A DNA stretch of 64,000 bases from Haliotis rufescens (taxonomy: Eukaryota): positions 23,374,001-23,438,000 of the forward strand of contig NW_025963857.1 in the NCBI RefSeq assembly GCF_023055435.1. The letters run 5' to 3'. A program made the translations under genes and the position numbers. The notes beneath the pieces are model-generated. The model was not told the origin of the DNA. It saw only the letters and a program-made list of their open reading frames with translations, and did not search any database. Shown here piece by piece: positions 52,565-64,000 of this stretch (positions within the stretch are counted from its first letter, which is position 1; the number at the start of each line of letters is the position of its first letter).

Positions 52565-53217
52565 TTTGAGTATCTATTGAGTAACGGGAAAATTATTGTC
52601 AAGAAAGGTAAAATAGCATGTTATCGTTACTCATCTGGTAAATTCAGTTCACACCACTCATTGTGAATTATGTTATCAGTTTTGCTTTCACCCGCATTCA
52701 TATATTTCTCAATTTACAAGAACGTCTTATGTTACATATTCGGACTTTTATGAATTGGCTCAACATAAAGATTGAAAACAGCCTGATGCGCAGCAGATGA
52801 ATCAAAAATTAAAAGTATACATATATATCACAAGCAAAATTTAAATTAGTACTTGCAGTTTGGTCTTTACTCGTATCTGTGTCTCAACGGCAGGTGAAGA
52901 TAAGAGATGATGGAACAGTTTCCCCCGTCCTTTATATATACCATTTGTGAATTATACGTGATTGATTTACCTTGGGCTGACCACTTCCAGGTAAGTAACG
53001 CACCTCAGCTTAATGGTGTAAAGTAAGCATTCTTTTCGCATCAAAGGGCCCGAGGTTATCACCCTACGGGTACACATGCGAGCTGGTATCCATGAACATC
53101 GATTAAGGAAGTACAAGACAACGTATATAAAGGTGGCAAACAGACACACTCTCTCTGGCATCGTCGAACTGCATTTCAAACAGTCCTCGATACTCAATGT
53201 TTAACCTATATTATTTA

Positions 53218-53383
53218 GGGGCGGTCGGGTAGCCTAGTGGTTAAAGCGTTCGCTCGTTACGCCGAAGACACGGGTTCGATTTCCGACATGGGTACAATGT
53301 GTGTAGCCCATTGCTGGTGTCCCCCGCCGTGATATTGCTGGAATATTGCTAAAAGTGGCGTAAAACCATACTCACTCACTCAC
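53218..53383 (+). mobile_element. SINE-A, unit 10
   Basis: Copy of 2118-2283 with the same TSD. Confidence 0.88.
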
Positions 53384-53989
53384 TTTAACCTATATTAAGT
53401 AAATATTCGATAATGGTCTGAAAAGTGTGTATCCAGTAAATATATGATGTGGGAGCAACATACATCAGACATTATAATGCATCTGTGTGATACGACATAA
53501 CATGAGACCAGAAAACTGACGCAACACACCAGTACAGCCTCGCCACAGTACAGCAGTAGCACTGTACCACACGAGGTCAACTATGCTAACCGTTTCCGTG
53601 TAATACAGCAGCCTGCTCACAAGAAAATAGCTTCTGCTGAATATACTGCAGAAGTCCCCAGATACTACATTATTCTCCCCGAATTTTATTTATCTTACTG
53701 CACAATAACTATAAACTACAACAGCTTTATTTCCTAACTGAAAGGGACATATATTGGTTTCTTCTCACAAAGGGACTGTCACTATGAATACTCACAACAC
53801 CTTTATATGTGTGTAGTATCTGTTAAAAGCCGAAAGTACACCAGTGTCTTCTGAAAACATGATTGACATATGAACAACAGCTTGTTTTCTCGTCTTTGTT
53901 GACTTGTCTTTGTATGTGTTTGTGACGGTAGAACCGATGGGGCAGGATACGCTTACTTTTTGGCAACCGCCAGGTATCATCACTATCTG

Positions 53990-54259
53990 GTTGGTTAGTT
54001 GGTTGGTTGGTTGTTTAACGCTGCACTCAGCAATATATTACTGCTATATGACGGCGGTCTGTAAATAATCGAGTCTGGACCAGACAATCCAGTGATTAAA
54101 ATCATTAGCATCGATCCACCCAATTGGGATCGATGACATGCATCAACCAAGTCAGCGAGCCTGACCACCCGATCCCGTTAGTCGCCTTTTACGACAAGCA
54201 TAGTCACCTTTTACGGCAAGCATGGGTTGCTGAAGACCTATATATTCTACCCCGGAATC
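53990..54259 (-). mobile_element. SINE-B, unit 10
   Basis: Copy of 2890-3155 with a 4-bp insertion. Confidence 0.83.
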
Positions 54260-56412
54260 CACTATCTGATAGTCATTCATACGCACATGCTTGTGATCAT
54301 TATAGTCGGAATCGTACAATGGTCTCTGCTTCGAGCAGAGCTTTCGAATGATTCTGAAAAGGGTTTTGTGGCGTTTATTTGCAACTGCGTTTCTTGAGAG
54401 AACTCTCTTATCTTCAACATATCATCTTGATAATTGTACACTTCATTATCAAGGAATTTGTGATAATACGAGCATCACTAAATTTGATATCTCAACTTTT
54501 ATAGATAACGCCTGAATATTGATATAATAATCATTCAATGATGACCCTTTAACTACATAAATCGTCAACGACAGAGAATATTCAGGCTCGATTATCTGTT
54601 GAAACAGATTTCATTGGGTGTAAAAGGCAAGATTGTGCTAAAATGTATACTGAATATCAGTGATGTCACCAGGTGTTAGTGAATAGTTCATATTTGTTGG
54701 ATGTTTCATGAGCTCCTCCGTCCGTTCCATCGTGTGCCAAATTGGGAGAATGTTGTCTTTTGACAATGTCTCAGCCATTCATACTTTTGCATATATACTT
54801 AATCACTGTTGCAAATAACTCACTTTAACGTGTTTTAATCTTCGGCTGAGTCTTAGGCCGTAAACATTAGAAGAAAGTATATAAATCGTCTCTACCCTTT
54901 ACGTATGCCCTTGACATGATGAAGCAGTAGTGATAGTGATGATTGTGTTCTTTTAAGTCGTGTTTAGACCAAAACTCTTACCAAGAATAAAACACGCGCA
55001 AATCAGTTTGACAATGTGTAACTATATAAGGGTTGCCCAGAAAAACCGTACATCTAAAAGTAAAGACGTGTGTTTTCAGAAGAAAATGCTCTTAAAGTAT
55101 AACACAAAGGTGTTTTCAAAGATAGACATGATCAAACGACTTGTTTTTACAGTCTGGTTGTTGTTATAAAGACTTATGACACGCTTTAAAGTTGGACCAT
55201 TTATTCCGCTGAATTTCACTCTCTACAGTTACCAAATGCAATCTCCTTTGTATTGTTAAATGATTGTCACTTCTGCTTTGTAATCAAACAATAGGGATAT
55301 ATTAGCTATTTGTTTGTTCATTGTAATCTTCAATCCTACCAATCCAGTTCGGAATCTTCAAATTCGCGCTCTGATTTAATCAATATGTATTTTACAAATA
55401 GCGCCTACAGGGAAGGTGGTTAGTAAACACACAACTAAATATCTATATAGATACTTCTCCTATTAATTACATAAGCAGTATGCAAAATGTTAAATTGCAT
55501 CATCAAATCAAGAAGTACATGTTTCATGGAAATTACAAATAATTCGTAGTTTGATAAGCTATACCCGGACAAGCGTATTTAATAGATACTTTTGAATTCA
55601 ATCGTTTTGTTTGTGTAATTGATAAACTGTAAAGATATGTTATTGTCATGGAAATTCCAACTGTATGCATTCCCTTCTAACCAAAGCAGTAAGAATCTTG
55701 CAACATTTGTTTTGATGCTCTACATCACTATGGCTTTCGGGTTTGTTTTATTGCAGCAGCTCAGATATTATTTATACAAAGCGCCATAACAACATGTAGA
55801 TTGTATTCTGAATACAACTTTCGCTCATTTTCAAGGACAGCGCACACATTTGCATTTCAATACAGTGCACACTGTCTACCCCTTGATACCGTCAATGACT
55901 GCTTTGACAAAAATTGACACGCCTGCTTATTTGTTTCGCTGCATGTTTTTAAAATGCAAATTGAAATACAGACAGCCAATTCCAGATATTATGGTACTTC
56001 AAATGGCTATCAAACCCTTTCCTGGCAGCCCAAATGATACATTCCCGTGAAACATGAACTCGGGTAAGTGACATTTGGTGGGAGATATATCAAGCATAAA
56101 ATCCCTCCTCTTATCATCATGTCCGGTTTCCTCAGGAACTTAATAGCACATTTCAGTAGTTGATATCTTAGCTAGCAGTAAAACGCAATATCATTGAAGT
56201 GTGCTTGGATATTGGTCGACAACACGTACTATGTCCAGAGTTTACAATATGGAGAAACATAGATCACTCTTCCATTGTGAACATTCAATTCAGATTAAGA
56301 TTTTCAAACAAATTTCAAGGCGTAAATAAATATGACAAGATTTTATTGAACCAATTCCATTGGTTTGAGAAAATACATAAATAGCCAGCATCACACTGCA
56401 GGTGATAATAAC

Positions 56413-57029
56413 TCAATAATAGCCGATACCTGAAACAAAAAAATAGTAGAATAAAGTTGGGATGTATGGATAAGTCACAACGAAGTCTTGAAACTAGCTG
56501 CATGATAAACTATACCAAATATTAGAGAAAGCAGAGAATAGTTTTAAAGATGTTTTGTAAATGTCATCAGCTTTGTCGCTGAAAATAGTAATACCACATA
56601 GGTAAATTATGCAATTTTGCAAACGAGACTGGAGGTATATTTACGGATACGATAAACAAATGATATCATATTTTGTGAAATACCTTTTCCCAATCCAATT
56701 CCGTATCCTCCCATTCCGTAGAGACCACCATAGCCCCCGAGTCCTCCGTACAGACCTCCCATGCCGTATCCGTATTTGCCTCCGTATAGACCTCCCATGC
56801 CTCCGTATATACCTCCCATGCCTCCGTATAGACCTCCCATGCCTCCGTATAGACCTCCATAGCCTCCAAGACCTCCAAGACCTCCAAGGCCTCCGTACAA
56901 TCCACCCATTCCGTAGCCAATTCCGCCCAGTCCTCCTTTCAACCCGCCAATTCCACCATACAGACCGGTAGGCTCGGCAAAGGCGGTAACAGCCAGGCAG
57001 GCAACAAGAGCGGCGACTATCTTCATCAT
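56413..57029 (-). CDS. Secreted Gly/Tyr-rich protein, copy 11; join(57029..56684, 56429..56413); 120 aa
   Basis: Protein identical to copy 8. Confidence 0.9.
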
Positions 57030-57682
57030 TTTGAGTATCTATTGAGTAACGGGAAAATTATTGTCAAGAAAGGTAAAATAGCATGTTATCGTTACTCATC
57101 TGGTAAATTCAGTTCACACCACTCATTGTGAATTATGTTATCAGTTTTGCTTTCACCCGCATTCATATATTTCTCAATTTACAAGAACGTCTTATGTTAC
57201 ATATTCGGACTTTTATGAATTGGCTCAACATAAAGATTGAAAACAGCCTGATGCGCAGCAGATGAATCAAAAATTAAAAGTATACATATATATCACAAGC
57301 AAAATTTAAATTAGTACTTGCAGTTTGGTCTTTACTCGTATCTGTGTCTCAACGGCAGGTGAAGATAAGAGATGATGGAACAGTTTCCCCCGTCCTTTAT
57401 ATATACCATTTGTGAATTATACGTGATTGATTTACCTTGGGCTGACCACTTCCAGGTAAGTAACGCACCTCAGCTTAATGGTGTAAAGTAAGCATTCTTT
57501 TCGCATCAAAGGGCCCGAGGTTATCACCCTACGGGTACACATGCGAGCTGGTATCCATGAACATCGATTAAGGAAGTACAAGACAACGTATATAAAGGTG
57601 GCAAACAGACACACTCTCTCTGGCATCGTCGAACTGCATTTCAAACAGTCCTCGATACTCAATGTTTAACCTATATTATTTA

Positions 57683-57848
57683 GGGGCGGTCGGGTAGCCT
57701 AGTGGTTAAAGCGTTCGCTCGTTACGCCGAAGACACGGGTTCGATTTCCGACATGGGTACAATGTGTGTAGCCCATTGCTGGTGTCCCCCGCCGTGATAT
57801 TGCTGGAATATTGCTAAAAGTGGCGTAAAACCATACTCACTCACTCAC
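57683..57848 (+). mobile_element. SINE-A, unit 11
   Basis: Copy of 2118-2283 with the same TSD. Confidence 0.88.
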
Positions 57849-58454
57849 TTTAACCTATATTAAGTAAATATTCGATAATGGTCTGAAAAGTGTGTATCCA
57901 GTAAATATATGATGTGGGAGCAACATACATCAGACATTATAATGCATCTGTGTGATACGACATAACATGAGACCAGAAAACTGACGCAACACACCAGTAC
58001 AGCCTCGCCACAGTACAGCAGTAGCACTGTACCACACGAGGTCAACTATGCTAACCGTTTCCGTGTAATACAGCAGCCTGCTCACAAGAAAATAGCTTCT
58101 GCTGAATATACTGCAGAAGTCCCCAGATACTACATTATTCTCCCCGAATTTTATTTATCTTACTGCACAATAACTATAAACTACAACAGCTTTATTTCCT
58201 AACTGAAAGGGACATATATTGGTTTCTTCTCACAAAGGGACTGTCACTATGAATACTCACAACACCTTTATATGTGTGTAGTATCTGTTAAAAGCCGAAA
58301 GTACACCAGTGTCTTCTGAAAACATGATTGACATATGAACAACAGCTTGTTTTCTCGTCTTTGTTGACTTGTCTTTGTATGTGTTTGTGACGGTAGAACC
58401 GATGGGGCAGGATACGCTTACTTTTTGGCAACCGCCAGGTATCATCACTATCTG

Positions 58455-58724
58455 GTTGGTTAGTTGGTTGGTTGGTTGTTTAACGCTGCACTCAGCAATA
58501 TATTACTGCTATATGACGGCGGTCTGTAAATAATCGAGTCTGGACCAGACAATCCAGTGATTAAAATCATTAGCATCGATCCACCCAATTGGGATCGATG
58601 ACATGCATCAACCAAGTCAGCGAGCCTGACCACCCGATCCCGTTAGTCGCCTTTTACGACAAGCATAGTCACCTTTTACGGCAAGCATGGGTTGCTGAAG
58701 ACCTATATATTCTACCCCGGAATC
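58455..58724 (-). mobile_element. SINE-B, unit 11
   Basis: Copy of 2890-3155 with a 4-bp insertion. Confidence 0.83.
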
Positions 58725-60877
58725 CACTATCTGATAGTCATTCATACGCACATGCTTGTGATCATTATAGTCGGAATCGTACAATGGTCTCTGCTTCGAG
58801 CAGAGCTTTCGAATGATTCTGAAAAGGGTTTTGTGGCGTTTATTTGCAACTGCGTTTCTTGAGAGAACTCTCTTATCTTCAACATATCATCTTGATAATT
58901 GTACACTTCATTATCAAGGAATTTGTGATAATACGAGCATCACTAAATTTGATATCTCAACTTTTAAAGATAACGCCTGAATATTGATATAATAATCATT
59001 CAATGATGACCCTTTAACTACATAAATCGTCAACGACAGAGAATATTCAGGCTCGATTATCTGTTGAAACAGATTTCATTGGGTGTAAAAGGCAAGATTG
59101 TGCTAAAATGTATACTGAATATCAGTGATGTCACCAGGTGTTAGTGAATAGTTCATATTTGTTGGATGTTTCATGAGCTCCTCCGTCCGTTCCATCGTGT
59201 GCCAAATTGGGAGAATGTTGTCTTTTGACAATGTCTCAGCCATTCATACTTTTGCATATATACTTAATCACTGTTGCAAATAACTCACTTTAACGTGTTT
59301 TAATCTTCGGCTGAGTCTTAGGTCGTAAACATTAGAAGAAAGTATATAAATCGTCTCTACCCTTTACGTATGCCCTTGACATGATGAAGCAGTAGTGATA
59401 GTGATGATTGTGTTCTTTTAAGTCGTGTTTAGACCAAAACTCTTACCAAGAATAAAACACGCGCAAATCAGTTTGACAATGTGTAACTATATAAGGGTTG
59501 CCCAGAAAAACCGTACATCTAAAAGTAAAGACGTGTGTTTTCAGAAGAAAATGCTCTTAAAGTATAACACAAAGGTGTTTTCAAAGATAGACATGATCAA
59601 ACGACTTGTTTTTACAGTCTGGTTGTTGTTATAAAGACTTATGACACGCTTTAAAGTTGGACCATTTATTCCGCTGAATTTCACTCTCTACAGTTACCAA
59701 ATGCAATCTCCTTTGTATTGATAAATGATTGTCACTTCTGCTTTGTAATCAAACAATAGGGATATATTAGCTATTTGTTTGTTCATTGTAATCTTCAATC
59801 CTACCAATCCAGTTCGGAATCTTCAAATTCGCGCTCTGATTTAATCAATATGTATTTTACAAATAGCGCCTACAGGGAAGGTGGTTAGTAAACACACAAC
59901 TAAATATCTATATAGATACTTCTCCTATTAATTACATAAGCAGTATGCAAAATGTTAAATTGCATCATCAAATCAAGAAGTACATGTTTGATGGAAATTA
60001 CAAATAATTCGTAGTTTGATAAGCTATACCCGGACAAGCGTATTTAATAGATACTTTTGAATTCAATCGTTTTGTTTGTGTAATTGATAAACTGTAAAGA
60101 TATGTTATTGTCATGGAAATTCCAACTGTATGCATTCCCTTCTAACCAAAGCAGTAAGAATCTTGCAACATTTGTTTTGATGCTCTACATCACTATGGCT
60201 TTCGGGTTTGTTTTATTGCAGCAGCTCAGATATTATTTATACAAAGCGCCATAACAACATGTAGATTGTATTCTGAATACAACTTTCGCTCATTTTCAAG
60301 GACAGCGCACACATTTGCATTTCAATACAGTGCACACTGTCTACCCCTTGATACCGTCAATGACTGCTTTGACAAAAATTGACACGCCTGCTTATTTGTT
60401 TCGCTGCATGTTTTTAAAATGCAAATTGAAATACAGACAGCCAATTCCAGATATTATGGTACTTCAAATGTCCATCAAACCCTTTCCTGGCAGCCCAAAT
60501 GATACATTCCCGTGAAACATGAACTCGGGTAAGTGACATTTGGTGGGAGATATATCAAGCATAAAATCCCTCCTCTTATCATCATGTCCGGTTTCCTCAG
60601 GAACTTAATAGCACATTTCAGTAGTTGATATCTTAGCTAGCAGTAAAACGCAATATCATTGAAGTGTGCTTGGATATTGGTCGACAACACGTACTATGTC
60701 CAGAGTTTACAATATGGAGAAACATAGATCACTCTTCCATTGTGAACATTCAATTCAGATTAAGATTTTCAAACAAATTTCAAGGCGTAAATAAATATGA
60801 CAAGATTTTATTGAACCAATTCCATTGGTTTGAGAAAATACATAAATAGCCAGCATCACACTGCAGGTGATAATAAC

Positions 60878-61494
60878 TCAATAATAGCCGATACCTGAAA
60901 CAAAAAAATAGTAGAATAAAGTTGGGATGTATGGATAAGTCACAACGAAGTCTTGAAACTAGCTGCATGATAAACTATACCAAATATTAGAGAAAGCAGA
61001 GAATAGTTTTAAAGATGTTTTGTAAATGTCATCAGCTTTGTCGCTGAAAATAGTAATACCACATAGGTAAATTATGCAATTTTGCAAACGAGACTGGAGG
61101 TATATTTACGGATACGATAAACAAATGATATCATATTTTGTGAAATACCTTTTCCCAATCCAATTCCGTATCCTCCCATTCCGTAGAGACCACCATAGCC
61201 CCCGAGTCCTCCGTACAGACCTCCCATGCCGTATCCGTATTTGCCTCCGTATAGACCTCCCATGCCTCCGTATATACCTCCCATGCCTCCGTATAGACCT
61301 CCCATGCCTCCGTATAGACCTCCATAGCCTCCAAGACCTCCAAGACCTCCAAGGCCTCCGTACAATCCACCCATTCCGTAGCCAATTCCGCCCAGTCCTC
61401 CTTTCAACCCGCCAATTCCACCATACAGACCGGTAGGCTCGGCAAAGGCGGTAACAGCCAGGCAGGCAACAAGAGCGGCGACTATCTTCATCAT
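60878..61494 (-). CDS. Secreted Gly/Tyr-rich protein, copy 12; join(61494..61149, 60894..60878); 120 aa
   Basis: Protein identical to copy 8. Confidence 0.9.
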
Positions 61495-62147
61495 TTTGAG
61501 TATCTATTGAGTAACGGGAAAATTATTGTCAAGAAAGGTAAAATAGCATGTTATCGTTACTCATCTGGTAAATTCAGTTCACACCACTCATTGTGAATTA
61601 TGTTATCAGTTTTGCTTTCACCCGCATTCATATATTTCTCAATTTACAAGAACGTCTTATGTTACATATTCGGACTTTTATGAATTGGCTCAACATAAAG
61701 ATTGAAAACAGCCTGATGCGCAGCAGATGAATCAAAAATTAAAAGTATACATATATATCACAAGCAAAATTTAAATTAGTACTTGCAGTTTGGTCTTTAC
61801 TCGTATCTGTGTCTCAACGGCAGGTGAAGATAAGAGATGATGGAACAGTTTCCCCCGTCCTTTATATATACCATTTGTGAATTATACGTGATTGATTTAC
61901 CTTGGGCTGACCACTTCCAGGTAAGTAACGCACCTCAGCTTAATGGTGTAAAGTAAGCATTCTTTTCGCATCAAAGGGCCCGAGGTTATCACCCTACGGG
62001 TACACATGCGAGCTGGTATCCATGAACATCGATTAAGGAAGTACAAGACAACGTATATAAAGGTGGCAAACAGACACACTCTCTCTGGCATCGTCGAACT
62101 GCATTTCAAACAGTCCTCGATACTCAATGTTTAACCTATATTATTTA

Positions 62148-62313
62148 GGGGCGGTCGGGTAGCCTAGTGGTTAAAGCGTTCGCTCGTTACGCCGAAGACA
62201 CGGGTTCGATTTCCGACATGGGTACAATGTGTGTAGCCCATTGCTGGTGTCCCCCGCCGTGATATTGCTGGAATATTGCTAAAAGTGGCGTAAAACCATA
62301 CTCACTCACTCAC
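62148..62313 (+). mobile_element. SINE-A, unit 12
   Basis: Copy of 2118-2283 with the same TSD. Confidence 0.88.
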
Positions 62314-62919
62314 TTTAACCTATATTAAGTAAATATTCGATAATGGTCTGAAAAGTGTGTATCCAGTAAATATATGATGTGGGAGCAACATACATCAGAC
62401 ATTATAATGCATCTGTGTGATACGACATAACATGAGACCAGAAAACTGACGCAATACACCAGTACAGCCTCGCCACAGTACAGCAGTAGCACTGTACCAC
62501 ACGAGGTCAACTATGCTAACCGTTTCCGTGTAATACAGCAGCCTGCTCACAAGAAAATAGCTTCTGCTGAATATACTGCAGAAGTCCCCAGATACTACAT
62601 TATTCTCCCCGAATTTTATTTATCTTACTGCACAATAACTATAAACTACAACAGCTTTATTTCCTAACTGAAAGGGACATATATTGGTTTCTTCTCACAA
62701 AGGGACTGTCACTATGAATACTCACAACACCTTTATATGTGTGTAGTATCTGTTAAAAGCCGAAAGTACACCAGTGTCTTCTGAAAACATGATTGACATA
62801 TGAACAACAGCTTGTTTTCTCGTCTTTGTTGACTTGTCTTTGTATGTGTTTGTGACGGTAGAACCGATGGGGCAGGATACGCTTACTTTTTGGCAACCGC
62901 CAGGTATCATCACTATCTG

Positions 62920-63189
62920 GTTGGTTAGTTGGTTGGTTGGTTGTTTAACGCTGCACTCAGCAATATATTACTGCTATATGACGGCGGTCTGTAAATAATC
63001 GAGTCTGGACCAGACAATCCAGTGATTAAAATCATTAGCATCGATCCACCCAATTGGGATCGATGACATGCATCAACCAAGTCAGCGAGCCTGACCACCC
63101 GATCCCGTTAGTCGCCTTTTACGACAAGCATAGTCACCTTTTACGGCAAGCATGGGTTGCTGAAGACCTATATATTCTACCCCGGAATC
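62920..63189 (-). mobile_element. SINE-B, unit 12
   Basis: Copy of 2890-3155 with a 4-bp insertion. Confidence 0.83.
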
Positions 63190-64000
63190 CACTATCTGAT
63201 AGTCATTCATACGCACATGCTTGTGATCATTATAGTCGGAATCGTACAATGGTCTCTGCTTCGAGCAGAGCTTTCGAATGATTCTGAAAAGGGTTTTGTG
63301 GCGTTTATTTGCAACTGCGTTTCTTGAGAGAACTCTCTTATCTTCAACATATCATCTTGATAATTGTACACTTCATTATCAAGGAATTTGTGATAATACG
63401 AGCATCACTAAATTTGATATCTCAACTTTTAAAGATAACGCCTGAATATTGATATAATAATCATTCAATGATGACCCTTTAACTACATAAATCGTCAACG
63501 ACAGAGAATATTCAGGCTCGATTATCTGTTGAAACAGATTTCATTGGGTGTAAAAGGCAAGATTGTGCTAAAATGTATACTGAATATCAGTGATGTCACC
63601 AGGTGTTAGTGAATAGTTCATATTTGTTGGATGTTTCATGAGCTCCTCCGTCCGTTCCATCGTGTGCCAAATTGGGAGAATGTTGTCTTTTGACAATGTC
63701 TCAGCCATTCATACTTTTGCATATATACTTAATCACTGTTGCAAATAACTCACTTTAACGTGTTTTAATCTTCGGCTGAGTCTTAGGTCGTAAACATTAG
63801 AAGAAAGTATATAAATCGTCTCTACCCTTTACGTATGCCCTTGACATGATGAAGCAGTAGTGATAGTGATGATTGTGTTCTTTTAAGTCGTGTTTAGACC
63901 AAAACTCTTACCAAGAATAAAACACGCGCAAATCAGTTTGACAATGTGTAACTATATAAGGGTTGCCCAGAAAAACCGTACATCTAAAAGTAAAGACGTG

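Larger units (their letters stand above)
40652..64000. repeat. Tandem gene array, right block: rest of unit 7 and units 8-12 (period 4465 bp, last unit cut by window edge)
   Basis: The anchor recurs at 42159, 46624, 51089, 55554 and 60019, with ORF offsets of exactly 4465. Sequence resumes at the point where unit 7 was interrupted. Confidence 0.98.

Overview
Animal genomic DNA, probably a mollusc; the SINE families resemble ones I recall from abalone (Haliotis), which is inference only. The window is a head-to-tail tandem array of a ~4.44-4.47 kb unit. Twelve units are visible and the array runs off both window ends. Each unit carries one intact minus-strand, three-exon gene for a small secreted Gly/Tyr/Leu/Met-rich protein of 116-123 aa. 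Its spliced C-terminus is predicted to be ...GLGKGIGYY*, not the intron read-through tail shown in the ORF track. Each unit also carries two SINEs with target-site duplications (TSDs). Unit 7 is interrupted, inside a SINE, by a ~10.96 kb non-autonomous CACTA/EnSpm-like (CMC superfamily) DNA transposon at 29694-40651. It has perfect 58-bp CACTG... terminal inverted repeats (TIRs), a 3-bp CAT TSD, subterminal repeats and no visible transposase. Its interior is a patchwork of SINE fragments, a degenerate minimal hammerhead ribozyme, a tRNA-like cassette, microsatellites, old duplications, a possible captured exon and two N gaps. Nearly all other ORFs in the track are spurious.
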